Assembly (NCBI GenBank): GCA_964016885.1
Contig: OZ024740.1
Span: 410,812,001 to 410,876,000 of the forward strand
Direction of reading: 5' to 3'
Origin: Eledone cirrhosa
Lineage: Eukaryota
Length of the DNA: 64,000 nt
In this document: positions 1 to 13,010 of the stretch, in pieces
Layout: every line of letters starts with the position of its first letter
Position numbering within the stretch: position 1 is the stretch's first letter
Notes under the pieces: generated by a model
Told to the model about the DNA's origin: nothing
The model's database searches: none
What the model saw: the letters and a program-made list of their open reading frames with translations, nothing else
Program-made: the position numbers and the translations under genes

Positions 1-253
1 TGTGGTACATCTGGTTCCTCACCACACCTCCTTCGTCATATATATATATATAACGAAGGAAGTGTGGTAAGGAACCAGGTGGAACATAACACACCAGATT
101 ACTCGATACTACGGGTTGTAGAGTAGGTAATAGGAAAATAGTCAGGACCCCGACGGCTGAGCTCCGGACGTTTCGACAGCTAGTTCTTAACAGTTCAGAA
201 CTAGCTGTCGAAACGGCAGGAGCTCAGCCGTCGGGGTCCTGACTCTTTTCCTA
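1..253. repeat. Short fold-back repeat (family H) flanking (TA)n, probable PLE 3'-terminal remnant
   Basis: Inverted arms about 11-37/52-78 around (TA)n and about 131-187/197-253. The same family recurs at 7822, 16171, 23711 and 47945. Contains GAAAC-stem-GTC (210-232). Confidence 0.75.
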
Positions 254-278
254 CCCCCCCCCCCATATATATATATAT

Positions 279-762
279 ATAAATCAGCATATAGGGAAAC
301 GTACCCATAGAGATGAGGTATGTGTTCAATCATAGGGGATCACAACACCATGCGCTATAAAACGCACATGTCTTTTCTCTATACTATGCATGTTTTTTTA
401 GTTATCTAATATATTCTTAGAAATGTTGATCATATTGATAGGTACTCGCCGATGAGCCATCTACAATATGTATTCTTAACTTTTTATAGCGAAACATACT
501 CTTATTTGAGCATATCCGGGTGTTATAGTTATAAATAGAGTGTTAGTACACTTTAATATATTCTTTTAATTGATTTATATTCACCATTGCTTCCGTAGAA
601 AATATGTTCGTCACTCTGGTGGTTTTTGATCCCCTATGATTGAACACATATCTCTATGTATCCTTCTTTCTATATGTTGATTTATAAAGAGACCGGAATC
701 TAATCCTTGAGCTCATTAAATCATAGGCGATAAATGTGTGTTTTTAACTCCGTATTTTAATT
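279..762 (+). mobile_element. PLE-like 3' tail with imperfect inverted arm and degenerate hammerhead
   Basis: About 279-350 is an imperfect reverse complement of about 620-686. CCGATGA (449-455)...GAAA (491-494) core. Bounded by (TA)n. Confidence 0.5.
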
Positions 763-846
763 ATATATATATATATTGAGTTAAGAACTCAGGGCAGTCC
801 CTTACAGTTAAATAGCTCTAAGAAAGAAGCTTTTCCGAGCCGTAAA

Positions 847-1128
847 ATATAATTGAATAAACAAGAGAGATGGACACTAATATAAACATACATGTTTACG
901 AATCGTAAGGACTAGAATTTGCTAGGGTAAAAAAAATACTAACTACAGCAATATAGTTTGTTATCCTTAACTTTAAATATTAAATTAAGAAAAATTAAGA
1001 AAAATAACAGACCTATATTGGGCAAAAATGCCTGACTGTAGTTAGTATTTTTTCACCCTACCAAATTTTAGTCCTTACGATTCGAATACATGTATTTTTA
1101 TATTAGTGTTCATCTCTCTTGTTTATTC

Positions 1129-1136
<8 letters not shown>
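847..1136. repeat. Fold-back element with about 100-bp inverted arms
   Basis: 847-948 is the reverse complement of about 1036-1136. A further single-arm copy lies at about 7409-7540. Ends in (TA)n. Confidence 0.8.
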
Positions 1137-1177
<41 letters not shown>

Positions 1178-1298
1178 AAAGTTTTATTTAAAATGTTGGG
1201 TTACAAGGAGTAAATATTTTATAACTGATATAAAAGCACTCAACAAGTTTTGGAGTATTTTACGATATTAAACAAATGGAAATTACATTTATAAAACC

Positions 1299-1376
1299 AT
1301 ATTTATTTCATTATATATATTTCAGGGATATCATATTAAAAATATGGTATGCCCTCTTCAGACAAAATACAATATA
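1299..1376 (-). ncRNA. Type I hammerhead ribozyme in PLE 3' tail
   Basis: Reverse complement of the copy at 5095-5173; same sense as the PLE ORF. Confidence 0.85.
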
Positions 1377-2708
1377 TAGACAGTTTTATAAATAAATTTG
1401 ACATACCTTAGAGTTTACAACTTCCATTTAAAAAGTTGTTACGGTAGTGAAAATGTTAAGGACGGTTAGAAAGAAAGACGGAGAAAAAAGGAAAAAAAGG
1501 AAAAAGAAAAAGAAGGAGAAAAGAAAAAGAAAGAGCGGAAGGTGAAGAAGATGAAGAAATGTATGTAAAGAGAAAACCATCAAATGAGAGATCTATGAGG
1601 GAAGGGGGTACTGTAATTATTCATTTGTTTATTTATTTATTTAGTGTTAAGGATACGGGGAGAAATAAAAACAAAAATAAATAAGGAGAAGTAGATCGAG
1701 TAATATCTATTATACGAGGTGGGAGAGATAGGGGAGGGGTGATATACAGGAGATAGAGTTAAAACAGCCGATATAAGAGTAGAGGGAGGAGGAGAGGAGA
1801 TATACTTAGAAACAAAAATGATAGTTTTAAAATATTATGTTTCATCAGTCTATCAATTCCTATGAATTATAATGTAAACATCAATATTCATGAATGAGAC
1901 ACATATCAATAATGTGTGAAAAAATAGTGACTATATGTTTAGTTTAAAAATTCATAGGTTTATAATCAAAATCTGAGATAAAACCTCAAAAAATACTGGA
2001 ATACATAAGTATATATGTATTTTCGTGAAAAAAGAGAAAAGAGAAAGAAAAAGAGAAGGTTATCTCAAACTGACATTATAGACACATGTGAGTTTACATG
2101 ATCAGCTCTGTAAATTTTTATTTCACATGGAAATCCTCATTGCGTTAAAAAGATTTTACCATACACATAAGTGTACATACATATATATATACATAAAATA
2201 TACATTATTAATAATAATAATATTCTTGCCCTTTCTTACATGATTATCGTACAAGCATAGAATAGAACAGATATCAATATATTAAAATATTAAAAACGCC
2301 AAGAATATTTTCCTCCCCAGAATATCTAGGGCCGTAATAAAAACACAGTGTGCCCAGCATATCAATCAAACCCTCCAATTTATTTGACAATATTGTCAAG
2401 TTTATTAGAAGCAATCAGAGTCAAAAGCAAACAAAACCAAAATTATTCACCAAACTTATTTAGCAGAAATCATTCAAAAAAACTTTAGGATACTCGGTTG
2501 TTCTACAGATGCTCTTATATTTATTCTAGAAGTTTATCTAGCTTAACAAATTTATTCAATAGATTTGGATCATCACCGTTTTAAGGTTGTTTAATTACAT
2601 TATTAATTATATATTCATGAAGAAGGTTTAAAGAATTGAAGGAATCGAAAGATTTATCGCCAAGTCTTCTAAAATAATTAAAAGTCTTAAGTAAATATAT
2701 TACATTTT

Positions 2709-3912
2709 AAACTTATATTTATAATTCAAAGTTGAGTTCAATCTATGTCTGCAGCAACTGAATAAATTGGTCCGTAAATTAAGGGAATTTTTAGATTTAG
2801 TATAAAGAATATCTCCTCTGCGCAGAGGTCACATGTCTCAGAGGAGGAGTTAAAAGGAATCCCTCTTGAGACTATATTCCAAACCGTCGAATATCCAACG
2901 TTATCATGTTTAAGTTGCCAGAGTAAGCCTGATAGTGATGTTGAAGATTTTTTGTTTGGATCTGTGAAAGAATTCTTGTGATTATTATAGCGAAGTTTAA
3001 ATTCTGTCGAGGTGGAACCAACATAATTAAAAGAATTTAAGTCAGTTTTAACATTACAGTTGTATATTATATTTTTAACTAAGCAATTGTTATTTAACGG
3101 GCATTTAGATCTATCTCTACAGTTACAGTTGTTTACTTGAATATTGTTTATGCTATTATCGGTATTTTGGCTAGGTTTTAGATTCCTATTATTTATTCTA
3201 TTAATATTTTGTGCTAAATTTTTGGTGGACGAGTAGGTTAATTTTATAGTATGTCTATTGAAAATTGAGTGATACTTATGTGTTCTAGGGAATCGTTTGT
3301 CAAGAGCATTAAAAAATAGTTTAGCGATGTGGGTTTTAATGTTTAGTGAGAAAGGGGGGGGGGGGGGGGCAAACCAAATTATGTTTCTAGTTCTATTCCT
3401 TTTCTGGTTTTTGGAATTATTGTAATTCTTTCTATTATAGTTGTTAAAGTTGTTACCGTAATTAAAATTGTTGTTATTTTGGTTAGTTTGTCTATTATTA
3501 TCGATGTACATAATTCTATCACTATATCCTGCTCTAGCTAACGCTTCATTGTAATAGTGGGCTTTTTGGTCGAAAATATTTTTATTAGATGAGATTCTAG
3601 AGATACGTTTTTGAACAGAGTTCACTATAGTATTTTTAACAGATCTGGGGTGGTTGGAGTTAAAGTTGACATAATTCAAGTTTTCATTTAACTTGTGAAA
3701 TGGATAGTGAAGACATGTGTTGAGATTTAATGTTACATCTAGGAAATTGACTATTCTATGGTTATTCTCAATTTCTATTTTTAGATTAAGGTAATTAAAC
3801 AATTGTATAATTTGTTTTCTTTTTCTATTTAGTTCAGAGTTATTATTTTCAATAAGTAAACGCATGTCATCTCGTATAATCCTCCGGTAGCACCGGGTAT
3901 TTTCCTATGCAG
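2709..3912 (-). pseudogene. PLE reverse transcriptase (C-terminal part) + GIY-YIG endonuclease, truncated and frameshifted
   Basis: ORF 2738..3865: VNFLDVTL, YVNFNSNHP, CNCR..CPLNNNC..IIY..YVGST..FKLRYNNH, CDLCAEE. A frameshifted GLYRDD motif lies just upstream (about 3866-3883). The true C-terminus NLRTNLFSCCRHR is in another frame. Confidence 0.9.
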
Positions 3913-5094
3913 CGAATTAAACTTCTAGAATAAATATAAGAATTAAACTTCTAGAATAAATATAAGAGCATCTGTAGAACAACCGAGTATCCTAAAGTTT
4001 TTTTGAATGATTTCTGCTAAATAAGTTTGGTGAATAATTTTGGTTTTGTTTGCTTTTGACTCTGATTGCTTCTAATAAACTTGACAATATTGTCAAATAA
4101 ATTGGAGGGATTGATTGATATGCTGGGCACACTGTGTTTTTATTACGGCCCTAGATATTCTGGGGAGGAAAATATTCTTGGCGTTTTTAATATTTTAATA
4201 TATTGATATCTGTTCTATTCTATGCTTGTACGATAATCATGTAAGAAAGGGCAAGAATATTATTATTATTAATAATGTATATTTTATGTATATATATATG
4301 TATGTACACTTATGTGTATGGTAAAATCTTTTTAACGCAATGAGGATTTCCATGTGAAATAAAAATTTACAGAGCTGATCATGTAAACTCACATGTGTCT
4401 ATAATGTCAGTTTGAGATAACCTTCTCTTTTTCTTTCTCTTTTCTCTTTTTTCACGAAAATACATATATACTTATGTATTCCAGTATTTTTTGAGGTTTT
4501 ATCTCAGATTTTGATTATAAACCTATGAATTTTTAAACTAAACATATAGTCACTATTTTTTCACACATTATTGATATGTGTCTCATTCATGAATATTGAT
4601 GTTTACATTATAATTCATAGGAATTGATAGACAGATGAAACATAATATTTTAAAACTATCATTTTTGTTTCTAAGTATATCTCCTCTCCTCCTCTTATAT
4701 CGGCTGTTTTAACTCTATCTCCTGTATATCACCCCTCCCCTATCTCTCCCACCTCGTATAATAGATATTACTCGATCTACCTCTCCTTATTTATTTTTGT
4801 TTTTATTTCTCCCCGTATCCTTAACACTAAATAAATAAATAAACAAATGAATAATTACAGTACCCCCTTCCCTCATAGATCTCTCATTTGATGGTTTTCT
4901 CTTTACATACATTTCTTCATCTTCTTCACCTTCCGCTCTTTCTTTTTCTTTTCTCCTTCTTTTTCTTTTTCCTTTTTTTCCTTTTTTCTCCGTCTTTCTT
5001 TCTAACCGCCCTTAACATTTTCACTACCGTAACAACTTTTTAAATGGAAGTTGTAAACTCTAAGGTATGTCAAATTTATTTATAAAACTGTCTA

Positions 5095-5173
5095 TATATT
5101 GTATTTTGTCTGAAGAGGGCATACCATATTTTTAATATGATATCCCTGAAATATATATAATGAAATAAATATG
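5095..5173 (+). ncRNA. Type I hammerhead ribozyme in PLE inverted tail
   Basis: CTGAAGA 5110-5116; stem II GGGcATAcCATATT-ttt-AATATGaTATcCCT; GAAA 5148-5151; palindromic stem III ATATATAT; predicted cleavage after TA at 5159; stem I ATATTgTATTTTGT/ATGAAATAAATAT. Confidence 0.85.
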
Positions 5174-5207
5174 GTTTTATAAATGTAATTTCCATTTGTT
5201 TAATATC

Positions 5208-5269
<62 letters not shown>

Positions 5270-5286
5270 ATATATATATATATATG

Positions 5287-5890
5287 TGTTTAGAGATAAT
5301 GTTAGAGATGTTGGAAGTGGTGGAATAAGAAAATTTAATTGTATGTTTGTTAAAGATTTAACTATAGATATCTGAGGGAGGGAAGCATTTATCTAAGGCC
5401 CTAAAGAATAGTTTAGGAATATTATTATTAATAGATAGATAAAAAGGACCATTATACTAAATTATATTTTTGTATCTAGATCTTTTATTTAAGTTATTCG
5501 AATATTCATAATTAATTATTTTACTATAAGACCTTCGATGATTGGTTTCCTTACTGTATTTAATTTTATCAGGATAACTGGCTTTCGAAAGCGCTTTATT
5601 ATAGTAATTGGCATTAGCGTCGAATATATCTTTGTTAGAGAATAGATTTGAGATTCTTTTTTCAATATTACTGACTATAGCATTTTTAATGTTAGTGGGG
5701 TGGTTAGATTTAAAATTAACATAATTTAGATTCTCATTGTTTTTATGGTAAGGGTAATATAGGCCAGTGTCAATATTAAGGGATATATCCAAGAAGTTAG
5801 CTAGTTTGACGTTGTTATCAAATTAAATTTTAAGGTTATGGTGCTTAAAGAGATCACGTATATTGTTCTTAATAATATTAAGGTTATTGC
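5287..5890 (-). pseudogene. Second PLE RT C-terminal fragment
   Basis: ORF 5457..5792 (FLDISLN..YYPYHK..YVNFKSNHP) is homologous to 2738..3865; continues as IFNKHTIKFSYSTT near 5310-5350. Confidence 0.85.
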
Positions 5891-5920
5891 TTTATTGTGC
5901 TACAAAAAAACTCACCTCCT

Positions 5921-5999
<79 letters not shown>

Positions 6000-6018
6000 T
6001 AGGAGGTGAGTTTATAGT

Positions 6019-7390
6019 CACAAATCGTCTTTTAAATACCAACTCTCGGAACTCATATGGTCTTTAGAAAACAAAAATATTAACTATAACATCTCTTGGA
6101 GGAAGGTTTGCTCTGCCTTTCCTTACTTGAATTCTTCCCTATCCAGAACATGTAATCTCTGCCTAGCCGAGAAATTTACCATTATATCTAATTTCAATTC
6201 TATAATAAATAGACGCACAGATTTATTTTCGCTCTGCTTGCATAAATCCCATAGAACATTCCATAAAGTATAGAGCTAATATCTCAATACCTTATTAGTT
6301 TAAAATCCTCTTTTCTCAAAGGCTTATATATCTTTTACAAATATACCTATCATTCTACCTTATTTCAGTATTATATATTATTCTATGTCATAATCCCCTA
6401 TCTTTCTTCTTTATCATTTTCCTTTCTTTCTTTTTTCTTTTTTAATTTCTAATCTCTAATCTCTACTTTTTCTTCCCAATTACTTCTCAATTCACATTAT
6501 TACTCTCTACAGCATTACCCATTTTTCCATCTTTCCTCATATTATTGGCCATTAAAACTATATATTTTTTTAATACATTATAATATTACCATTTGAAGAT
6601 TTTCGTAAACATATAAACTTTTTGACGTTAGATATTTTTTTCTTCCTTAAATTTTTCTTCTTTCTTCTCTCCTTCAATGCTAGTTTTAAACCTACTATTT
6701 ACTTTTACTTTTACATATTACAATACATAAAAACAAACTTAAACCCTAACTAATTCCTCTAAGTTCATAACTCATATATTCTTCTCCTTCTTTCACATTA
6801 TGTTCTTAATATCATTAATATTTTAATTTTAATAATACATATTAATAAATTCTTTTTTTCGCACATATTATTAAACCCTTCAATATACAAACCTTAATTT
6901 AATACTATTCTTAATTCCTTTTTCTTCATGCATAAACCTCATTAACTTTTAATTTCAAGATCTTTTAAATTATCTATTATCTTCCAACGATTTTTTAATT
7001 TCTCTCTGCGAGACAATATTTTCTCAGTTGTAAAGTCTATCTCTCTCTCTCTCTATCACCCATTTCTCCTCCTCTCTCCTCCTCCTCTCTCCTCCTCCTC
7101 TCTCCTCCTTCCTTTTTATACTCCTCCCCCACCATCCTTTACTCTTATTTCTTCCTCTTCCTTACCTTTTCCTACCCCCTCACTGTTTCCCAATCTCATA
7201 TATCCATATTAGTTTATTTTTCATATGTTGATTTAAAACTTCACTGCTCACAAGTGTTTTTTAAGCTTCATATCATCTCTCCCTATTTTATCTGATAAGA
7301 ACGCAGATATCATCCCATGATGATATTTATTTTTGAAATGCGCATAATAAAATACTTGGAACTCTTTTAACCATCTTTTGATCTTATATT
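6019..7390 (+). mobile_element. PLE 3' fragment: GIY-YIG C-terminus (6019-6273, not in ORF track) plus long 3' tail
   Basis: Manual translation HKSSFKYQLSELIWSLENKNINYNISW..AFPY..CNLCLAEK..NRRTDLFSLCLH*. Pyrimidine-rich tail with a hammerhead variant, ending in (TA)n. Confidence 0.85.
7284..7354 (+). ncRNA. Hammerhead ribozyme variant (core CTGATAA)
   Basis: Stem I TATTTTAT/ATAAAATA; CTGATAA at 7292; stem II AGATATCATC/GATGATATTT; GAAA 7335-7338; palindromic stem III ATGCGCAT. Confidence 0.65.
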
Positions 7391-7655
7391 ATATATATAT
7401 ATATATATAATTGAATAAACAAGAGAGATGAACACTAATATAAACATACATGTGTTCGAATCGTAAGGACTAAAATTTGCTAGGGTGAAAAAATACTAAC
7501 TACAGCCAGGCATTTTTGCCCAATATAGGTGTGTTATTTTTGTTTATATATATATAACCGATATAAAAGACACAGAAGCGAAAACCAACGAAACAGTGAG
7601 TGTATTCTGTTATTAATTCTGGGAATATTATTACACAAATATGTCCCTCCCCAAG

Positions 7656-8075
<420 letters not shown>

Positions 8076-9064
8076 TGTGTGTACATAAAGTTGTGTTATT
8101 AAATGTTGATTAACTGGTAGTCGGTATTGTATTAGCAACACTCCGATCAATAAACAATGTTGAAAACGTTGTAAGTAGGATCATGCACTCAACAACATGG
8201 CAGTCATGCTCCCAATCATGAGATCAACTGCCTTGTAAGTGACGGATGGTACGCATGGAAACGAACTTATGAAATAGCAATATTGGAAACAAGACCGATT
8301 CTATATGATGGAGTTGTATTGCCCAAGATATATCTATCTGTATACTACTAAAACTCTGTGATTGCGTGCTTGCTTGTCTGTAATGTAATACAGCCAAAAG
8401 GGCGCATAATGGGAAAATACATTGAAAAGAAGTTGACCCTGAAATGGGAATACAAATGGAATAGAACACGTTTCGCGTAAATCAGTCCACGGGTTCCCGA
8501 GATATGGGGTTTTTCGGGTACCTTCATAAACAAAGAGAGAGGAAGAGATAGTGGTTGTGAGAGAGTAGATTGAAAGAGAGATATAGAGAAAGGGGAGGAG
8601 ACAAAGAATGAGAATGGAAGAGAGCTGGTGGTGTTGTCCATATATATATGTGAGTGTGTATATATATATATATGTGTATGTATATGTGAGTGTGTGTATA
8701 TATATATGTGTATGTATATGTATGTGTCTATGACCAGTGTATATAGATTAGAGACACCCACACACATATATATATACACACACACATACATTTCACATTA
8801 TATACATGTATATTTTAATTGTTTAAAGATTATTTTAAAGTGAACATGATTTTAAAAGAATATTTTGAAGTGAACGTGACCCAACGTTTCACGGGTGATT
8901 TAATAATACATTAAAAACGTATTACCTAACATGGTGTCTGAAGATGTCATAATAATGAATGCGTATTGCATCATTGCATAATAAAATTGACACAACGTAT
9001 TACAGAAACTTACGTAAATGGTGGAAACTTACGAATGATGCAAACTGCATTCAATAATATTGCA

Positions 9065-9123
<59 letters not shown>

Positions 9124-9129
9124 TACTCT

Positions 9130-9184
9130 TTAACTCATTCATCAGTTCCAGCCATCTGACTGAGGCCATGCTGGGGCAGCGCAC
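9130..9184 (-). mobile_element. SINE-like fragment
   Basis: cagccatctgactgaggccatgctggggcagcgc resembles a common octopus interspersed-repeat end (from memory, not searched). Confidence 0.35.
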
Positions 9185-9559
9185 ATATATATAGTGTATG
9201 TGATTCAGTAAATAGTGGTACGAAAATGAGCACTTGAAGCATAGGCAGAATGTGCATATTAAGAAAATCGATGAAGTTTAGTTTACATGTATTTAGTTTT
9301 ATATTGATTATCGATCTGTTACGGGTGTTTCGCAGAGGATTGTCTCAAGGTCATCTATTGGATCTATGGACCCAACTTCAATATTCTTCATCAATGGTCC
9401 ATAGATATACCTATTCTTTTACTACATTGATATCGCTTGAGGACTTCTACAATATAGCACGTTTTTAATGTGTGTAATCAAGCACAATTCGGCTGGTTGT
9501 GATTTAAATTAATGCTGTTTATAATTTTAGGTTAATCCAATAGTCTTTTGAGTCATCAG

Positions 9560-9850
9560 TTTCAATATATCCCCGCTATTTGCTGTTATTTTCGTCTTCC
9601 GTATTGCATTTCAGATTGCTCTGTATGACTCATTATTCCTTATTGGAAGGTTGTAACGAGAAGACATTCTTTCACAGTTGGCAATAATCTGGCTACTCTC
9701 TGTCCCTGTATTCCACAGCCTACATTGCCGTGTGCAGTAGGTACTGGATGGGGATGTTTTGTTCATGGATTGTATGGAGGTATATTTCAGTATGGAATGC
9801 TATGCTCTTGTCGGAACTTAATGTCACACTTTTGCTGTGGGTTATCCCCT
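9560..9850 (-). pseudogene. Possible highly degenerate LINE RNase H fragment
   Basis: Frameshifted IQ-VPTAHGNVGCGIQGQRVARLL resembles the RNase H motif W-P-H-GI-GNE-AD-LA. Confidence 0.25.
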
Positions 9851-10011
9851 CTATAGTTTGTGTGCATGTCTGTATATGTCTATCTGTCTGTTTGTCTGTC
9901 TGTTTGTATGTATGTGTGCTTTACTCCTTTATAGAAGACATATCCTATACAATTGATATGAGGGAAATGTTATAGCAAATAAAATTCAATTCAAATCTAA
10001 TTAATTCATAT

Positions 10012-10201
10012 AATAATTGTTTCTACTTTTGGCACAAGGCCAGCAATCATCCCAGTGCATTACTGGTACTTTATTTTATCGACCCCGTAAGAATGAAAGG
10101 CAAAGTTAACCTCGGCGGGATTTGAACTCAAATCATAAAGGGAGGTAACTCTATGCTGCAAAGCATGACGTCCGACCCTCTACCGATACTGCCAATTCAC
10201 C
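10012..10201 (-). mobile_element. tRNA-derived SINE (family 1)
   Basis: Pol III A box TGGCAGTATCGG and B box GTTCAAATCC; shared core GTTAACTTTGCCTTTCAT..GGGGTCGATAAAATAAAGTACCAGT. Confidence 0.85.
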
Positions 10202-11105
10202 TATCAGAAAAGACATATCATGAACACATTTTATATTTCGGTGGACATAATTAAATGTATACAGAAATGACTTCATTCATCTTACAAAATATACAATATT
10301 TCTTAGTTAATAGTAGAAAATAACATTTCATTTCTGACATATTGATGAGATACCACGTGGTAGATATATAAAATAAAACATGTTTGTAAAATGTAATGTC
10401 AATATGGACGTTTACTCTAAAAACATATATTGAGTTTGTTTACTGAAATATATTTGTTGCTTTTAAAGATTTAAAAAAATTTAAACTAAATTCTATACTT
10501 AATTATATTTATGAATATGGATCAAAGGATACAGAATTCAGTTTTCGCAAATAGATTCCATTTCCCATTACCTGTATTTTTCTTTATATTAGTTAATTTA
10601 TAATGTTCTAGTTATGACTAGCAGTCCTTTGGCATAAACAATTGTTAATGGATTCTGTCAAACTGCAACCTTTTCACGAATCAAATCCTAGAGAATCTGT
10701 TAGCAATATTTGGTAGTATATTTTAAAAGTTAGAAATAGGTAGTATATTTTAAAAGTTTGGAATTTCTCAAATGAATTCAGTATACGTCAATTAACACTT
10801 TTCATTCAATATCGTAATTAAGTCGCTATAAGGCTTCACAGCACAAATAGAATATTTATAGGCCTTCAAGCACCCAGTATGCAACTGATCTGAATATTTT
10901 ATTTCTATGATTAATTATATTATGCTTTTCCTTGCGAGAAAAGTAGCTTCAAAATATCTGAAGCTGTTTGCATGTTTCAAAGGCTTGCAACAAATTCGCT
11001 TGGGAATTTTTTAATTTTATTCCTCTTTTATTCCGACTGTTATTACTGCTACTAACAAATAATAATAAGGATAAAGGCTTATTAATATTATTAATGCTCG
11101 CTATA

Positions 11106-11320
11106 GGGCGGCGGATTGACAGTATCGGTAGAGCGTCGGACACCATGCTTTGCAGCATACAGTTACCGTCCTTTACGGTCGGAGTTCACATCCCAACGAA
11201 GTTAGATTTTCCTTTCATCTTTACGGGGTCGATAGAATAAAGCGCCAGTAATGCACTGGGGTCGATTAAATCGCCTTTCCCTTCTCCCCAAATTTCTGAG
11301 ATTGTGCCTATAGTAGAACT
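11106..11320 (+). mobile_element. tRNA-derived SINE (family 1)
   Basis: Homologous to 10012-10201; degenerate A/B boxes. Confidence 0.8.
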
Positions 11321-12399
11321 AATTATTAATGCTCATTATAATAGAAGTTGTATTAATCTTGCTATAATAACCTCGGGTTATGTGACAGAAATGTAGGTTC
11401 AAATCCGGTTTATTCTGAAATTAACGATATCTAAAATTTAAATTAGTCTGAATTGATTGAATACCTTTCCTTCTGCTTGAGGGACTTAGTATAACAACAG
11501 AAAAAGCCTTAACATTTCAAGTTGCAAGGTCAAAGTGCATAATTAGAAAGTCTATTAATTTAAATGAGGAGAAAATTAATAATTTCGAGTTCGCATTTTG
11601 CTGTACATGGCTTAATTTTTCTTGACGGCTTAACTTGAATTGACGACTTCGCATATTATTATTCATGGCTCAGTCTTATGAGGAAATGTAGAGCGTATGT
11701 GTTGAAGGAAGGGGGAAATTAACTCCAGATCGCCTAAATGATAGTGTTGAACCAAGGGGCGGATTAACTCTTCCACCCAAATATATGTTGTATACAAATT
11801 AATGTTAGTAATCAATTAGGTTATACAGTATGTTGCAGTTTGTGCCTCGCATGTATTTCTGTATCATCAAGTATTTATTAGATAATCTCATTATTATTGC
11901 ACGCTTTATAGGGATATTAATAAACTCATATTAACTGTACATATTTCTCATACTAGATCTTTAATTCATTAATTCTTTACAGGATCTGAGAAGTAATTAT
12001 TCTAAATATTTCATTATTGACCAAGCATTCCACACCACTGCTATTTCAAAAACAAAAAGCCATTTTGTACCCGAAATATTTTTGTGAAAAAGCAATGCTA
12101 TCCAGTCATATTCATATGAACAATTGTGTTATTAATGATATCTCTCCAAACGGTTTGCAGTATTAGATAAGAGGAGACAAGTTAATTTAATGACTTGCTT
12201 GGTTTCTAAATCTCTCAGTATGAGACGAAATCGTGTGAAAAACTTGTGTGTTACATTTCGAAAATACTCATGGAATTTCTACCTGACAATTTATTTGATT
12301 ATACTAGTGGTGTTCCATCCAATCCCGATGTACACGCACCATAACTGAAAATATAATGTAAATGCTGGTGCCGAAAACCTCTTCTTCCTTCTCAATTTC

Positions 12400-13010
12400 T
12401 TTCCTTCGTGCAATGAGGGCCATTGGTCATTCGTTAATCCTTCAAACTAGCATGACTTATTCTGTGTGTGCTGTTGTTTGCTGTTGATTCTATGTTCTTG
12501 AGTTTTATATTGGTTGTGGTTGGGCTGATGTTGGTGTCGATTGAGGTTGTGTTGAGGTTGGGGTTATGGTGGAGATATTGCTTTTTCTCATGTGTTTGTG
12601 TTTGGTGTAAGTCTGTGTTTGGTGTAAGTCTGTGTTTTGTATTTTTTGGAATGGGTGTTGGTGTCAGACAGCGAGTGTTATGTAACGTTTCATCTTCAGT
12701 GACTGGATAGCAGCCTTTTAATGTTATATATTAAATTTTCTGAATTTCACGAGAAGTCATTTTTATTTGTGGTAACGGGACTTTCTTTGGTGTGGCTTCT
12801 AATAGATAATGGCACACTCCATAGTTAGGTCAGTTTCTTCTTTTCACTTCAGTCTCTTTATTCCAGTTTTCATCTTGGCATTTGTTAGTATCTTTTTTTG
12901 GTGATTTAGTCTATCGTTTATTTTTTATAATTGGGTAATTTTGTAAGCGGTTTTTTCATTTGTTATCCTTTATTGGGATAAGAAGGTTTAGTTGTATGTG
13001 TGTGTGTAAA
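12400..13010 (-). mobile_element. Very degenerate Tx1-like ORF1 remnant
   Basis: A/C-rich low-complexity minus-strand composition like the ORF1 of the other Tx1 copies; no intact motif. Confidence 0.3.

Larger units (their letters stand above)
1175..5210 (-). mobile_element. 5'-truncated Penelope-like retroelement with inverted duplication of its 3' tail (inverted pLTR)
   Basis: PLE RT C-terminus + GIY-YIG ORF on the minus strand. 1261-2536 and 3944-5210 are near-identical inverted repeats. Both outer ends abut (TA)n. Confidence 0.9.

Noticed and set aside
1261-5210. DNA transposon with long TIRs
   Set aside because: Internal ORF is a PLE RT/GIY-YIG, the arms are its hammerhead-bearing 3' tail, and their outer ends are unequal.
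8935-9010. CTGAAGA followed by a TGTCA/TGACA stem
   Set aside because: No GAAA adjacent to the stem and no convincing stems I/III.
10012-10201. tRNA gene call for A/B-box sequences
   Set aside because: No cloverleaf; multi-copy with a shared non-tRNA body, so these are SINEs.
12283-12344. Minus-strand exon-like segment with good acceptor and donor
   Set aside because: Stop codons in all three frames; no other support.
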